Shown: positions 50,963 to 61,646, counted from the stretch's first letter. The stretch: 64,000 bases of DNA from Nitrospinales bacterium (GCA_965262115.1 OZ253496.1:128001-192000), one strand, 5' to 3'. The notes: a model not told the origin generated them from the sequence alone. Made by a program: numbers and translations.

Positions 50963-53221
50963 TTACTTTTGAGATCCCACGTAGTTCAGCGCAGAACCTG
51001 CGTTGAACCAATTGATCTGATCATCATTCAGGGTATGGTTGACCTGTACGCTGTCGCTCGACCCGTCTTCATGCTTGACAGTCATGGTTACCGGTTGTCC
51101 CTGAGCGATGCTATCCAGTCCGGCAAAACTGATCTTGTCTTTAGCCTGAATCTTGTCGTAATCGGCCTTATTGGCAAATGTGAAGGGCATGACTGCCTGC
51201 TTCTTCAGGTTGGCTTCAAAGATTCGGGCGTAGGAATTAGCGACAAATACAAGGCATCCCATATGACGGGGTTCCATGGCCGCATGCTCACGGCTTGAAC
51301 CTTCGCCTACGTTTTCATCCGCAAATGCGACCCAACCCATTCCCGAATCTTTCAAGTTACGGGCGATTTTGTTGAGCTCCTGGTTTTCTTCTCCTGTTAC
51401 CGGGTTATTGCCTTGTCCGGTCTCGGGATGAAAAGAGTTTGTGGCCCCCAGGAACATATTGTTGCTGATATTATCCAGATGACCACGGAACTTCAGCCAC
51501 GGACCCGCTTGGGAGATATGGTCGGTGGTACATTTTCCTTGGGCCTTAAATAATACGGGAAGGTCCTGATAGTCTTTAACCGGGTCCTGTTTCGGGAAGG
51601 GATCGAGAAACGCCAACCTTTCGCTGGTCGGGTCAATGGCAACCTCTCCAGACATGCTCGGGGCTTCAAAACCTGCGTCCTGAGGGGTATAGCCATTAGG
51701 CGGAAGAACTTCTCCGGCTGGGGGTTGGAATTTGAAGTCGTTGCCGTCCTTGTCTTTCAGGGAGTCGGTCAGCGGATTGAATTTCATGGAACCGCTAAAC
51801 GCCATGGCTACTACCAGTTCGGGACTGCTGATGAAGCCCAGGGTTTCCGGGTTGCCATCGTTACGCTTGGCGAAGTTGCGGTTGTACGAGGTAAGGATGC
51901 TGTTTTTATCGCCTTTCTTCATATCATCCCGTTTCCATTGTCCGATGCAGGGGCCACAAGCATTGGCCAGAACAGTTCCTCCAACATCTTCAAACTCCTG
52001 TAGGATGCCGTCACGCTTGATGGTTTGGTAAATGGTTTCTGATCCTGGTGTCACCATCAGGTTGGTCTGAGCTTTCAGCCCAGCTGCTTTAGCCTGTCGA
52101 ACCAGGCTGACCGCACGGGTCATGTCTTCGTAACTGGAGTTGGTGCAGGAACCGATCAACGCGGCGGAAATTTTTTCCGGGTAGCTTTTTTCATCGACTT
52201 CAGCGCTCATTGCGGATACAGGTCTACCAAGATCCGGCGTATGCGGGCCAACGATATGAGGCTCCAGGCTGTTTAAATCTATTTCATGATATTCATCGTA
52301 GTGTTTTTCAGGATCAGCTTCCACGGAAGCATCAGACCGTAGATGCTCGGCGTATTGCTTGCACAGATCGGCAATGGGGCCGCGGTCGGTGGCACGCAGA
52401 TACGGATCCATCATTTCGTCGTAGCCGAAGGTGGAGGTGGTGGCGCCGATTTCCGCTCCCATATTGGTGATGGTGCCTTTGCTGGTGGCACTCATGCTTC
52501 TGGCCCCTTCACCAAAATATTCAAGGATTTTTCCAGTTCCGCCCTTAACGGTCAGCATCGTGGCCACTTTCAGGATGACATCTTTGGATGCTGTCCAGCC
52601 GCTCAGGTTTCCGGTTAATTTAATACCAACGAGGTGGGGCATTTTTGTCATGAAAGGTTGACCGGTCATGACATCCACCGCGTCCGCACCGCCAACTCCA
52701 ATAGCAATGGTACCCATGCCGCCGGCGTTAGGAGTGTGTGAATCTGTCCCAATCATCAAGGTTCCAGGGCAGGCATAGTTCTCATAAACCACTTGATGAA
52801 TGATTCCGGAACCTGGTTTCCAGAAACCCATGCCATATTTCATGGAAGCGGAGCGCAGAAAGTCGTACACTTCCTTGTTGGTTTCTTCGGCAGCTTTTAG
52901 GTCTGCCATAGCCCCCGAATAGGCCTGGATTAAATGATCACAGTGTACAGTCGTGGGAACATCTACCTTGGGCATTTTAGCCGACATAAACTGGAGAATG
53001 GCCATCTGCGCGGTTGCGTCCTGCATGGCTACCCTGTCGGGATGCAAATAAATGTCGGAAGACCCACGCTCGAGTTTTGAATAATCCGTTGCAGGGTCTA
53101 AATGTGTGTAAAGTATTTTCTCAACAATGGTAAGATCACGGCCCAGGTTCTTGCGGGCGGCATCACAAATTTTTGCATAGGACTTAAACAGCTTTTCAAT
53201 CGGGGCTAATTCCATTAACAT
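50963..53221 (-). CDS. acnA: Aconitate hydratase (mitochondrial-type)
   Basis: DRVAMQDATAQM, HCDH, DSHT, GSCTNSS, ACGPCIG, TTDHIS, GSSRE. Confidence 0.93.
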   Translation of the reverse strand: MLMELAPIEKLFKSYAKICDAARKNLGRDLTIVEKILYTHLDPATDYSKLERGSSDIYLHPDRVAMQDATAQMAILQFMSAKMPKVDVPTTVHCDHLIQAYSGAMADLKAAEETNKEVYDFLRSASMKYGMGFWKPGSGIIHQVVYENYACPGTLMIGTDSHTPNAGGMGTIAIGVGGADAVDVMTGQPFMTKMPHLVGIKLTGNLSGWTASKDVILKVATMLTVKGGTGKILEYFGEGARSMSATSKGTITNMGAEIGATTSTFGYDEMMDPYLRATDRGPIADLCKQYAEHLRSDASVEADPEKHYDEYHEIDLNSLEPHIVGPHTPDLGRPVSAMSAEVDEKSYPEKISAALIGSCTNSSYEDMTRAVSLVRQAKAAGLKAQTNLMVTPGSETIYQTIKRDGILQEFEDVGGTVLANACGPCIGQWKRDDMKKGDKNSILTSYNRNFAKRNDGNPETLGFISSPELVVAMAFSGSMKFNPLTDSLKDKDGNDFKFQPPAGEVLPPNGYTPQDAGFEAPSMSGEVAIDPTSERLAFLDPFPKQDPVKDYQDLPVLFKAQGKCTTDHISQAGPWLKFRGHLDNISNNMFLGATNSFHPETGQGNNPVTGEENQELNKIARNLKDSGMGWVAFADENVGEGSSREHAAMEPRHMGCLVFVANSYARIFEANLKKQAVMPFTFANKADYDKIQAKDKISFAGLDSIAQGQPVTMTVKHEDGSSDSVQVNHTLNDDQINWFNAGSALNYVGSQK

Positions 53222-53440
53222 TGACTTCACCTTATTTTTAGATAGGGTTACAAATGAAAGACCCGGCAAACCCGTTGCCCGGCCAAAATTTCTAAATTTA
53301 AAGAGCCACTTTTAGAGGCGCATATTTTGGCATGGATTCAAACGGATTTCAATTTTTTTTAAAACCACGCCCGGCAAGGGCGTATTTTAAATAATTTATC
53401 TATTTATAGACTTAACTAGCATCTCCTTAGGATAAGGTTT

Positions 53441-54202
53441 ATGTCTTCAGTTTTTGATTCACAGGCTTTTAACGCGAATCTGTTTTTCCCCCGGCAGGAC
53501 ACAGCTCCCACCCCCGAAGATTCCGATGAAATTCAGGTGCAGGTAGAACCGGAAACGATGGTTCATGTTCGGCGACACCCATCGTCCGAAGCCAGCTTCA
53601 GTTTGTTGTTCTTTCACGGTAATGGAGAAATTGTATCGGATTACGATAATCTGGCCGGGCACTTCGCCGTAATGGGGGCGGAGTTGATCGTCGCCGATTT
53701 TCGTGGTTATGGTAGGAGTACCGGGTTCCCGACTTTAAGAGCCTCACTGGAAGATGCCCATAAAATTTTTGAACAACTTAAATCAACCGGTAAGTTTAAG
53801 GAAAAAGTCTGTATCATGGGCCGGTCGCTGGGTAGTGCGCCGACGCTTGAGCTTTGTGCCAAACATTCGGATGTGGTCGGTTGCGTTCTCGAAAGCGGTT
53901 ATGCCGACCCGGTTCCTCTTGTGGAGCGGCGAGGATTTAAAATCGATCAAACCACGCCCGAAGAAGACGCGGTTTTTAATAACAGCGAGAAGATCCGGTC
54001 GGTGAAGTGTCCGCTTCTAATCATGCATGGGGCTGACGATTTTTTGATTGCTCCGCATGAGGCCAAATTGAATTACGACAATGCTGGATCTAAAGTGAAA
54101 CATCTGGAAATTCTGGAAGGGGTGGGGCACAACGATATGATGATGGCAGGTTCTTATTTCACCAGCTTAAAACGGTTTTTCGATTCCTGGAGTTCATTGT
54201 GA
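53441..54202 (+). CDS. Alpha/beta hydrolase
   Basis: FHGNGE, RGYG, GRSLG, HGADD, GHND. Confidence 0.9.
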   Translation: MSSVFDSQAFNANLFFPRQDTAPTPEDSDEIQVQVEPETMVHVRRHPSSEASFSLLFFHGNGEIVSDYDNLAGHFAVMGAELIVADFRGYGRSTGFPTLRASLEDAHKIFEQLKSTGKFKEKVCIMGRSLGSAPTLELCAKHSDVVGCVLESGYADPVPLVERRGFKIDQTTPEEDAVFNNSEKIRSVKCPLLIMHGADDFLIAPHEAKLNYDNAGSKVKHLEILEGVGHNDMMMAGSYFTSLKRFFDSWSSL

Positions 54203-55392
54203 AAAAATATTACAACATCGAGGGAATGATCCGCAACGGGTTCAAATTGAGCCGAGACTATGAAACCCTCGATTTCAGTTATGCCAGATTCGGTGATGAC
54301 GCGATGCAGGAGCTGGTTAAATCACGATCCATCAAACAAGTGCGAAGGTTGACCATCAGCGGGAAAAAACTGACCGCACTTTCGGCCCAGGCGTTGGCGA
54401 AGTCCGATAGGCTGCCTAATCTGGAATCCCTGAAGCTGTATAAAAATAAAATTGGCGATGAGGGCATGAAGTATTTCGCCGAATCTGACAAACTTTCTCA
54501 CCTCAAATCCTTTCGACTGGCGTGGAATGAGATTGGACCCGAAGGGGCTAAGCATTTAGCCGAATCTTCCCATTTTGAGGCGTTGACTTCTTTGGTGCTG
54601 TCGGAAAATCGTATTGGGGATGAGGGGTTGAAATATCTGGCTGAAGCCAAGTCTTTGAGCAGTCTGGAGATCATGGATCTGAGGAAAAACCAAATCACCG
54701 ACGAAGGGGCCAAGGCGTTAGCCAAAAGTAAATGTCTGCCAAAACTACAAACCATTGACCTTTCCGATAATGCCTTAACAGAAAATGGCCTGAACGCTCT
54801 GGCCGAATTTAAAATCTTCAACCTCATCCGTGCCCGACTTGGTGAAGAGGGTACTAAGCTGGACCTCAGCAACCTGAATATCGGCGATGTGGAGTGCAAA
54901 TGTATTGCTGAATGTGAGGAGTTGAAAGACCTGACCCACCTTTATCTGGAATTGAATAAGATCACTGCCAAGGGCATCGAGCTTCTTGCTGGCAGCGAAT
55001 ATTTGAAAAACCTGACCTCGTTGGCCCTCGACCGCAACAAAATCGGCGATGAAGGATTCATTCACATCATTAAATCTAAAACCCTACAGAGCCTTCAGGT
55101 GTTGATGGTGGAAAATAACGGCATCACCGATGAAGGCATCAAAGTCCTCTGTGAAGAAGAGTGCATGAAGAATTTGCTTCGTCTTTATATTGAGGAAAAC
55201 GAAACCACCGAAGAAGGTCTTGACCTGCTAGCCGAACCCGAACATCTGCAACAGATCGAATATCCCGAATTCGAGCGTGAAGAAGAAATCGAAGAAGAGG
55301 AAGAAGAGGAAGAAGAATTCGAGGATGTCGAAGACATCGAAGAAATTGAGGAAGAGGAAGACCTCGACGAAACCGAATACGAAAACCAGTAG
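54199..55392 (+). CDS. Leucine-rich repeat protein with a highly acidic C-terminal tail
   Basis: About 11 LxLxxNxIGDEG repeats; E/D-rich last ~40 aa. Confidence 0.88.
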   Translation: MKKYYNIEGMIRNGFKLSRDYETLDFSYARFGDDAMQELVKSRSIKQVRRLTISGKKLTALSAQALAKSDRLPNLESLKLYKNKIGDEGMKYFAESDKLSHLKSFRLAWNEIGPEGAKHLAESSHFEALTSLVLSENRIGDEGLKYLAEAKSLSSLEIMDLRKNQITDEGAKALAKSKCLPKLQTIDLSDNALTENGLNALAEFKIFNLIRARLGEEGTKLDLSNLNIGDVECKCIAECEELKDLTHLYLELNKITAKGIELLAGSEYLKNLTSLALDRNKIGDEGFIHIIKSKTLQSLQVLMVENNGITDEGIKVLCEEECMKNLLRLYIEENETTEEGLDLLAEPEHLQQIEYPEFEREEEIEEEEEEEEEFEDVEDIEEIEEEEDLDETEYENQ

Positions 55393-55473
55393 TGCTAGGC
55401 GCACGGCCGACTGCAATAGCTCTTACTGGTGAGCAAAAAGTTGTCTCGGCTTCAAAAGATTTTCCCATTTTCT

Positions 55474-55515
55474 TCCCTCCCTTCATAGGGAGGGACTGAG
55501 GGAGGGTTGGCTAAT
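55474..55515 (+). repeat. REP-like arm (left)
   Basis: CCCTCCCTTCATAGGGAGGGACTGAGGGAGGGTTGGCT; inverted partner at 56733-56773. Confidence 0.75.
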
Positions 55516-55569
55516 CCAAAGAGGAGCGGACCAACTAGGGAGTGATGTCCCTCCAGGGAATGAAGACAA

Positions 55570-56677
55570 ATGAGGGAGACACCACCGAAAGGAAGTTGCC
55601 TGATGACTGTATACGAAATGAAACCTGACCGAATTGAGAAATTAGATGAAACTTCTTTTGAAAGGGCAGGGATAAAGGAAAGAACGGACTTGCAACGTCT
55701 TCTAAGAAATCAGATTGATGTTATATCACCTGATACTCTGGTTATCAGTGAAGAATTTGGTGAATGGAAGATTCCAGGCGAAGGATTGATCTGCTTGGTT
55801 TGGATAAAGAGGCCAACCTGGTGATTATTGAACTTAAGCGCACAGAAGATGGCGGCCATATGGAATTACAAGCAATTCGATATGCCGCAATGGTTTCCAC
55901 TTTAACGTTTGAAAAAATAGTGGAAATCTATGGGGATTATCTTGAAAAAATGGGGAGTGAAGGTGTTGCAAGAGAGACCATTTAAAAATTTTTGGGTTGG
56001 GATGAAGATAAAATAGATGGAGAGGATGGGGTAAATTTGCTCAAGACGTTCGTATTGTACTGGCTTCGGCAGAATTTTCTAAAGAACTAACTACGGCTGT
56101 GATGTGGTTAAATGACAGGGATATAGACATTCGATGCATTCGTCTAAAACCTTATGCGGATAGAGATAGATTGCTTCTAGATGTTCAACAGATAATTCCG
56201 TTGCCAGAGGTCGAGCAATATCAGGTTCAAGTGCGGGAAAAGACCCGAAGGGAACGAATAGCAAGAGTACAGTCCAAAGATTTCACGAAATTCGACATCA
56301 CTATTGAGGGGAATACTGAGAGCCGATTGAACAAAAGAAATGCTATTTTTAGAGTGGTATCTCATCTCTGCAAATCAGGGGTGAGTCCAGAACAAATACG
56401 AGAGGTTATTCCAGAGAGAAAGAACAGGTTATTTGAGAGTGCGGAGGGGACACTAAAGTCAGAGGCATTTATTGAGACAGTTCATGAGCGAAGGGTCAGT
56501 GAAGGCAAACTTTTTGAACCTGATCGCTTTTTTTGTCAGGAAGAGAATTTGGTTCACTGGGATGGAAAAACTTATGTTTTTACCAATCAATGGGGGCAAA
56601 GCACCGAAGAGACCATCAAACTTGTAATTGAGAAATTTCCAGACAGGGGTATTCTGTACAAAATCAGTGATCAATAG
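55570..56677 (+). pseudogene. PD-(D/E)XK endonuclease (NucS/DUF91-like), fragmented
   Basis: ERTDLQ, EEF, RIDLLGLD, IELKR, QAIRYAA spread over three frames; frameshift ~55765, stop at 55983, frameshift ~56035. Confidence 0.75.
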
Positions 56678-56732
56678 TTAAGTAGGAAGAGGGGCAAGTC
56701 TTTTCTTGACTCATGTTGGAACGAAAGCTCGA

Positions 56733-56773
56733 AATCAGCCAACCCCCCTCAGCCCCCCTGTGAAGGGAGGGAG
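56733..56773 (-). repeat. REP-like arm (right, inverted)
   Basis: Reverse complement reads CCCTCCCTTCACAGGGGGGCTGAGGGGGGTTGGCTGATT. Confidence 0.75.
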
Positions 56774-56900
56774 GCAAATATTTCTTTCTTGACTATGTTG
56801 GGACGAAAAAACTAAAAGCACAACAAGCCAAACCGCTGGAGGTTAATCACCCCAACCCATCGAACAAAACCTATTGCTCATTGGTTGCGGCGACTCGCCG

Positions 56901-57446
56901 CTACCAGGAGGTGCGCCAGAGTTCCTGGGAAGATTTCATTTTGAAGATTTCTTTGACCTTTTCGGTGAAATTTTCATCGGTGAAAGTTTTGGTGTATTCA
57001 TCCCCGGCAGTTTTGTAAGGGTTCCACGACATGGCCAGTCTTTCGATGAACATTTCATCCAGCGGAACGCAGGTGATCTTTTTGATGATGCTGGTTTCAG
57101 AGTCAACGAGAATCGCTACCATATTATATTCTTCTTTGGCATAGAGCGCTTCGATGAACCCGGGTGCTTCCTTTTCCTGCTGAGCCGGATTACACGGGGT
57201 CTCCAGCAACCAGTCTTCACTACCGATAGCAAAAATGGGGATGGAGGGAAACTCCGACTCCGCCACCAGTTTGGCCCTCCATTTTCCGTCAAAGGCCTTG
57301 ATTTGCGCTTCAGAAGGGTGGGGCACTGAGGCGAGCAGGAGCATTTCGCCATTGGGAGAAAAGGAAAGTCCGCCACCGTGACCCGCAATGGATAAAGGGC
57401 AGGGTTGGCCTTCTCGAAAACTTACAGTCTCATCTATTTCGCTCAT
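56901..57446 (-). CDS. Hypothetical protein
   Basis: 181-aa ORF with protein-like composition. Confidence 0.7.
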   Translation of the reverse strand: MSEIDETVSFREGQPCPLSIAGHGGGLSFSPNGEMLLLASVPHPSEAQIKAFDGKWRAKLVAESEFPSIPIFAIGSEDWLLETPCNPAQQEKEAPGFIEALYAKEEYNMVAILVDSETSIIKKITCVPLDEMFIERLAMSWNPYKTAGDEYTKTFTDENFTEKVKEIFKMKSSQELWRTSW

Positions 57447-57721
57447 AGTAATATTAGAGTATTCAGGGTTAGGAAAATCCTATTTTGTTGAAGTTGAGGG
57501 CTGTTGTCAAGTCCACCACTACCCGTGGAGGGAACTTTCTCTAAACGGGCAAGAATTCTTTGGTTTAGTTCGATGTCTTTCCTTTTTTGGGCCACCGACT
57601 TATGATGCGCCGGAAATAAAAAGGGTTCAATCTACCTCCATTCATTCAAAGCGGTTGAGTTCTCGTGTCGGTTCGGTTAGGCTTATCGGTTTAAATCCTT
57701 TTATAAAGACAGCACAAAATC

Positions 57722-59116
57722 ATGATTGCGACCCTGATTTCCCACGCCTGCCTGCTGATCCAATCGCGCGACACCACGGTGCTGACCGACCCGGTGTTTT
57801 TTGACTACCTGTGGGAGGAATGCAATATCCAATGCCCCAGCATAGATCTTGATTTGGCAAAGCTCCCGAAAGTGGATATTTTAAATATCTCGCACCGGCA
57901 TCAGGATCATTTTGACATCCGCACCCTGGCTTATCTGGCGGGGGACTCGGGCATTCTGGCTCCAGATGCTGTGGTGCTGGCCCCGCGTGACGAGATTCTG
58001 CTTGAAGTTTTGAGAGAACTGGAGTTCAAAAATGTGACTGTGGTGGAGGATTTCAAAACCCTGGAGATCAAGGGACTGACGTTGACACCCACACCTTCAT
58101 TGAATAAACAGGATTATTTTCCGGAAAATGGTTTGTTGATTCATGATGGGGAAGTGACTCTGTGGAACCAGGTCGATACTATTGTGTCGCCGGATATCAT
58201 TAAGTACATGCATCGTTTGCACGGGCAGTTGGATTTTGCTCATGTTCGGTACCTGCCACTTTTGGAAGGGAACTTTTGTTTTCATAATGCCTTGGAACTG
58301 CCGATGGAGGAGTACGGTTCCTACCTCAAAGTCGCTGCTGCCTGCAGGCCGAAGTTTGCCGTTCCCGGTTCAGCCGGATTCAAATATCGTGATGAGTTCG
58401 GGTTTCTCAATCAATATTCGTTTCCCACCACGCAGGAACAGTTTTTAAGGGATCTGAAAGATTTTTGTCCGGAGATCAAGAGCAGTGTGTTTTATCCTGG
58501 GGACCAGGCCATCATCACCAAGGAGGGAGTGGAAATTCAACAAGCCGCTTCAGACTTTGTGAAAATTAAAGTGGATGATGGGCATAAACTGGAGTTCAAA
58601 CCTGTGGCCGAGGTTCCGCCCATTCGCACCCGGACTGAAGATAAAGCGGAGCACGAAAAACAGTGGCAGGAGGTGGTCGATTTTATCGAGAACCGGTTTG
58701 TCGAACTACTGGTTGCGGAAAAAGCTGTGCAGAGCTGGGTGGACTGGAAGGTGGCCTATCAACTTGAGGTGTTCGGCCATGACGGGTCGGAGATATGGTG
58801 TCTGGATTTTGCCGGTGAGGATGCAGGTATCATCAAAGGGCGCATCGGGAAAATCAACCTCTATGAAGGAATCGCCTGCTCCGAACTTTATAGTCTGATA
58901 AAAAATGAAACCAGTTGGGACTTTGTCGGCATCAACGGCCAGTATCGTACGTTTAAAGATATTTACCGGGTTCGAGTGGGAGAGTTTGAGCATTGGACCA
59001 AGACGGACAAAAAGTTTCCTCAGCCTTTGACCGAAGTGTTCCCTGCGGGGAAAGAGATGGACCGCGCAAAATTTTTGCGCGATGTGAAACGCTGGAAAGG
59101 CCAGGCCGGGGCCTGA
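57722..59116 (+). CDS. Metallo-beta-lactamase-fold protein
   Basis: SHACLLI, TDP, SHRHQDH; 464 aa. Confidence 0.85.
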   Translation: MIATLISHACLLIQSRDTTVLTDPVFFDYLWEECNIQCPSIDLDLAKLPKVDILNISHRHQDHFDIRTLAYLAGDSGILAPDAVVLAPRDEILLEVLRELEFKNVTVVEDFKTLEIKGLTLTPTPSLNKQDYFPENGLLIHDGEVTLWNQVDTIVSPDIIKYMHRLHGQLDFAHVRYLPLLEGNFCFHNALELPMEEYGSYLKVAAACRPKFAVPGSAGFKYRDEFGFLNQYSFPTTQEQFLRDLKDFCPEIKSSVFYPGDQAIITKEGVEIQQAASDFVKIKVDDGHKLEFKPVAEVPPIRTRTEDKAEHEKQWQEVVDFIENRFVELLVAEKAVQSWVDWKVAYQLEVFGHDGSEIWCLDFAGEDAGIIKGRIGKINLYEGIACSELYSLIKNETSWDFVGINGQYRTFKDIYRVRVGEFEHWTKTDKKFPQPLTEVFPAGKEMDRAKFLRDVKRWKGQAGA

Positions 59117-59285
59117 GCCAAAAGTGAGAGAGATCGACCGTCATTCGCGAGGAGCTTTGCAGCGAATGACCTTTACAGCGTGGGCGAAATTTTTAAGGGC
59201 AACGCTGTCTGAGATACCCATTGACAGGGTAGGGGCAAGGGGGTAAAATCCTAATCTTCTAAATAACAAGTAGTTATATATAAAT

Positions 59286-59362
59286 GGCGGTGTAGCTCAG
59301 GTGGTTAGAGCATACGGCTCATATCCGTAGTGTCGGGGGTTCAACTCCCTCCACCGCTACCA
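59286..59362 (+). tRNA. tRNA-Met(CAT), probably elongator
   Basis: GGCGGTG/CACCGCT stem, loop CT-CAT-AT, GTTCAACTC, CCA. Upstream TTGACA (59221) and TAAAAT form a likely promoter. Confidence 0.93.
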
Positions 59363-59374
59363 TTTTAATATAGG

Positions 59375-59414
59375 AAAAAAAGGAATTGTGGGATTGCTCG
59401 CAATTCCTTTTTTT
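59375..59414. terminator. Intrinsic terminator after tRNA-Met
   Basis: AAAAAAAGGAATTG...CAATTCCTTTTTTT. Confidence 0.75.
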
Positions 59415-59500
59415 GTGGGAATGGTTGATGGTCCGTGTTTGTCCGTTGAGAGACTGTCCGGTATGATGGCGGGAGGCCAACCCATAAATTCGGGGAATGT

Positions 59501-59854
59501 ATGAGTAGAAAAGACATCAATACACTTATCAAACTTTCCAGAAAATTAGGTGAGAGTATTTCTGATGAAGGAACTTTTGAAGAGCGACAATCAAAATACC
59601 TTGTTATGAAATGGAAATATAAAGGTATTGCATTTGCCCATAAATTCCCGGGTTCAGTAAAAACATCATCCATCAATCACCAGTACGCCCAAATGCGAAA
59701 GAACTTGCGAGCAAGTGGTTTAGAACCACCGAGTGAATTTGCTACAAGATTAATGGGTTCCGTTGAACAGCAGGAAATGTTAAAAGAACTTTGGGTTCAT
59801 CTTGGGACTGATGACGAAGGTGAAACACCCTATGGTGGAGATGTGGATAAATGA
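59501..59854 (+). CDS. Hypothetical protein
   Basis: 117-aa ORF with a GGGGA RBS-like sequence. Confidence 0.65.
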   Translation: MSRKDINTLIKLSRKLGESISDEGTFEERQSKYLVMKWKYKGIAFAHKFPGSVKTSSINHQYAQMRKNLRASGLEPPSEFATRLMGSVEQQEMLKELWVHLGTDDEGETPYGGDVDK

Positions 59855-59926
59855 TAAATAGCTTACCCATCAAGTTGGAAGTGACTTGGGGTCAAATAAT
59901 TTCAAATTTTAAGGAGGTTAATACTC

Positions 59927-60205
59927 ATGTCTGTCGAAGTAACTATTGATACCACTCCCAATGAGCATGCTTTAAAGTTCAACCTCAACAAAAAAATCCT
60001 TGATTCTGGTTATAAGACTTTTAACAGTCCGGAAGATGCAAAAGATTTTCCGGTGGCCTTGAAAATTTTTGAAAACGAAGGTGTGGCGAGCGTGTTTGTA
60101 ATGGCAGATGGGGAAACGACGTTCATCACCGTCTCAAAAAAACCGGAAGCGAATTGGGATGGCTTGAAAGATAAAATCGTGGAGGATATTAAAGCGGTGC
60201 TCTGA
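59927..60205 (+). CDS. NifU/Nfu N-terminal (scaffold) domain protein
   Basis: TPNEHALKF, GVASVF, FITVSK, W; strong AAGGAGG RBS. Confidence 0.85.
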   Translation: MSVEVTIDTTPNEHALKFNLNKKILDSGYKTFNSPEDAKDFPVALKIFENEGVASVFVMADGETTFITVSKKPEANWDGLKDKIVEDIKAVL

Positions 60206-60981
60206 CGTGAGACTCTTTTTTTGTGCCTTTAATTTTAAAATTTATAAACCAAGTCCGCGCCAAAATGAGTTGATGTTCAGAACCTAAGTTTTCAGCCAAC
60301 GGACTCCGGTCGACATCTGAAACTAATACTTTGTACCCAGCAACCCCTTTCAAACTCCAATGTCGGTCAATCTTGCGAGAAAGAATTGATTTCAATGCCA
60401 AATCCTTCAAACCCCCTTCGGCGTTAAAGACTGCAATGCCTGATTGGGTAGATTGGGTCGAAGTGATGCCAAAGTAGGTTTGCATGTAGTTGTCATCTGC
60501 GAAGGTCATGGTCCCTTAACGTTCCAATCCACATCTGTATGGCGCCCAAAGGAATAGCCGAGTCCAATAATAAATAAAAATCCATCATGATTGCCGGAAA
60601 TATCATTCTGGAACTGGAATGAAAGTGAGTAATCATCTAAATTCAGCTTGGCGAAAATTCGGCCATCAATATCGCCAAGTCCATTTAGTTTTACGGAGTC
60701 ATCTTCTTTCCGGCTCTCGTAATAGCCTAAAGATCCCCCAAACTCCAGATCTCTGTTTTTCATAAGATAGACGCCTAAACCTACTCTACATTCACAAAAA
60801 CCGATTTTCCTATGGAAATGTTGACCAGAGGCAAGAGGTCGAATTCATAATCATGGGCACCTTCAAAAGTTGGTCGGTTTATTGCAATGCCTCCCAACGA
60901 AGCCGAAAAGTCGACTGCTCTCACGATCTCCGGAGAAAAGAAGAAAATTGTTAATAGCAATGCTAATAAGGTTTGCTTCAT
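60189..60981 (-). pseudogene. MipA/OmpV-family outer membrane protein, fragmented
   Basis: Signal peptide, RPTFEGA, LNGLGDID, YMQTYFGI spread over three ORFs with a stop and frameshifts. Confidence 0.75.
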
Positions 60982-61260
60982 GCCGTCTTAATCCAGGTTA
61001 AATTCATTCTTCTCCCAAATAAAACAATCACTATATCTTATCGATTGTGGATCGAAAAACTGAAACAAATACTGACTGTGATTTATGGGTAATTTTCTGA
61101 TTTTGGAGGGACCAAGAATACCAATTAACTCATTGATTTATATGATATAAATGGTTTTATTCGAACTTGCCACCTTGCAAATACTATTGAAAGCCCTTCC
61201 TGAAACCGATTAAGTATAGTGTGGTATGTTTCTTTTTTTGATTGTTTTTAGCATTCATTA

Positions 61261-61308
61261 TGGACATCGCTGGGTGTTTAGGTTAATATAATGAGAATCG
61301 TTATCATT
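61261..61308 (+). promoter_or_regulatory. Sigma70-like promoter with an adjacent Fur-type box
   Basis: TGGACA-17-TAATAT followed by AATGAGAATCGTTATCATT (61290-61308), upstream of bfd. Confidence 0.7.
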
Positions 61309-61340
61309 CTAAGGGATGCATTCTCTAATTATTTGAATTT

Positions 61341-61646
61341 ATGAATCTTCCGCCTACAGTTGAAACCGATGAGATCATCTGCCAATGCTATCAGGTCACT
61401 GAGGGCACCATTCGTAATATCATTGCCAAAGGTGAATTAAACGATATTGATTCCGTCACTGCGGATTGCGAGGCCGGTGGGGGATGTCATTCCTGCCATA
61501 TTCTCATTCAGCTCTTCATCGATCAGCATCAGGAAAAAACTACGACCATGGAGGACTTGGTCCACGATCATGCGCAGAAGGTGAAAAAGAGGGGTATTCT
61601 GAGCCGCTTATTCAATAAATTTAAATCTACGAACACCTCTGCCTGA
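61341..61646 (+). CDS. bfd: BFD-like [2Fe-2S] protein
   Basis: ICQC...AGGGCHSC. Confidence 0.8.
   Translation: MNLPPTVETDEIICQCYQVTEGTIRNIIAKGELNDIDSVTADCEAGGGCHSCHILIQLFIDQHQEKTTTMEDLVHDHAQKVKKRGILSRLFNKFKSTNTSA

Noticed and set aside
5663..59144. Numerous short antisense or overlapping ORFs in the six-frame track
   Set aside because: They are shadows of well-supported genes and have no independent evidence.
59286..61000. Integrated island or prophage at tRNA-Met
   Set aside because: No integrase, att duplication or phage genes seen.
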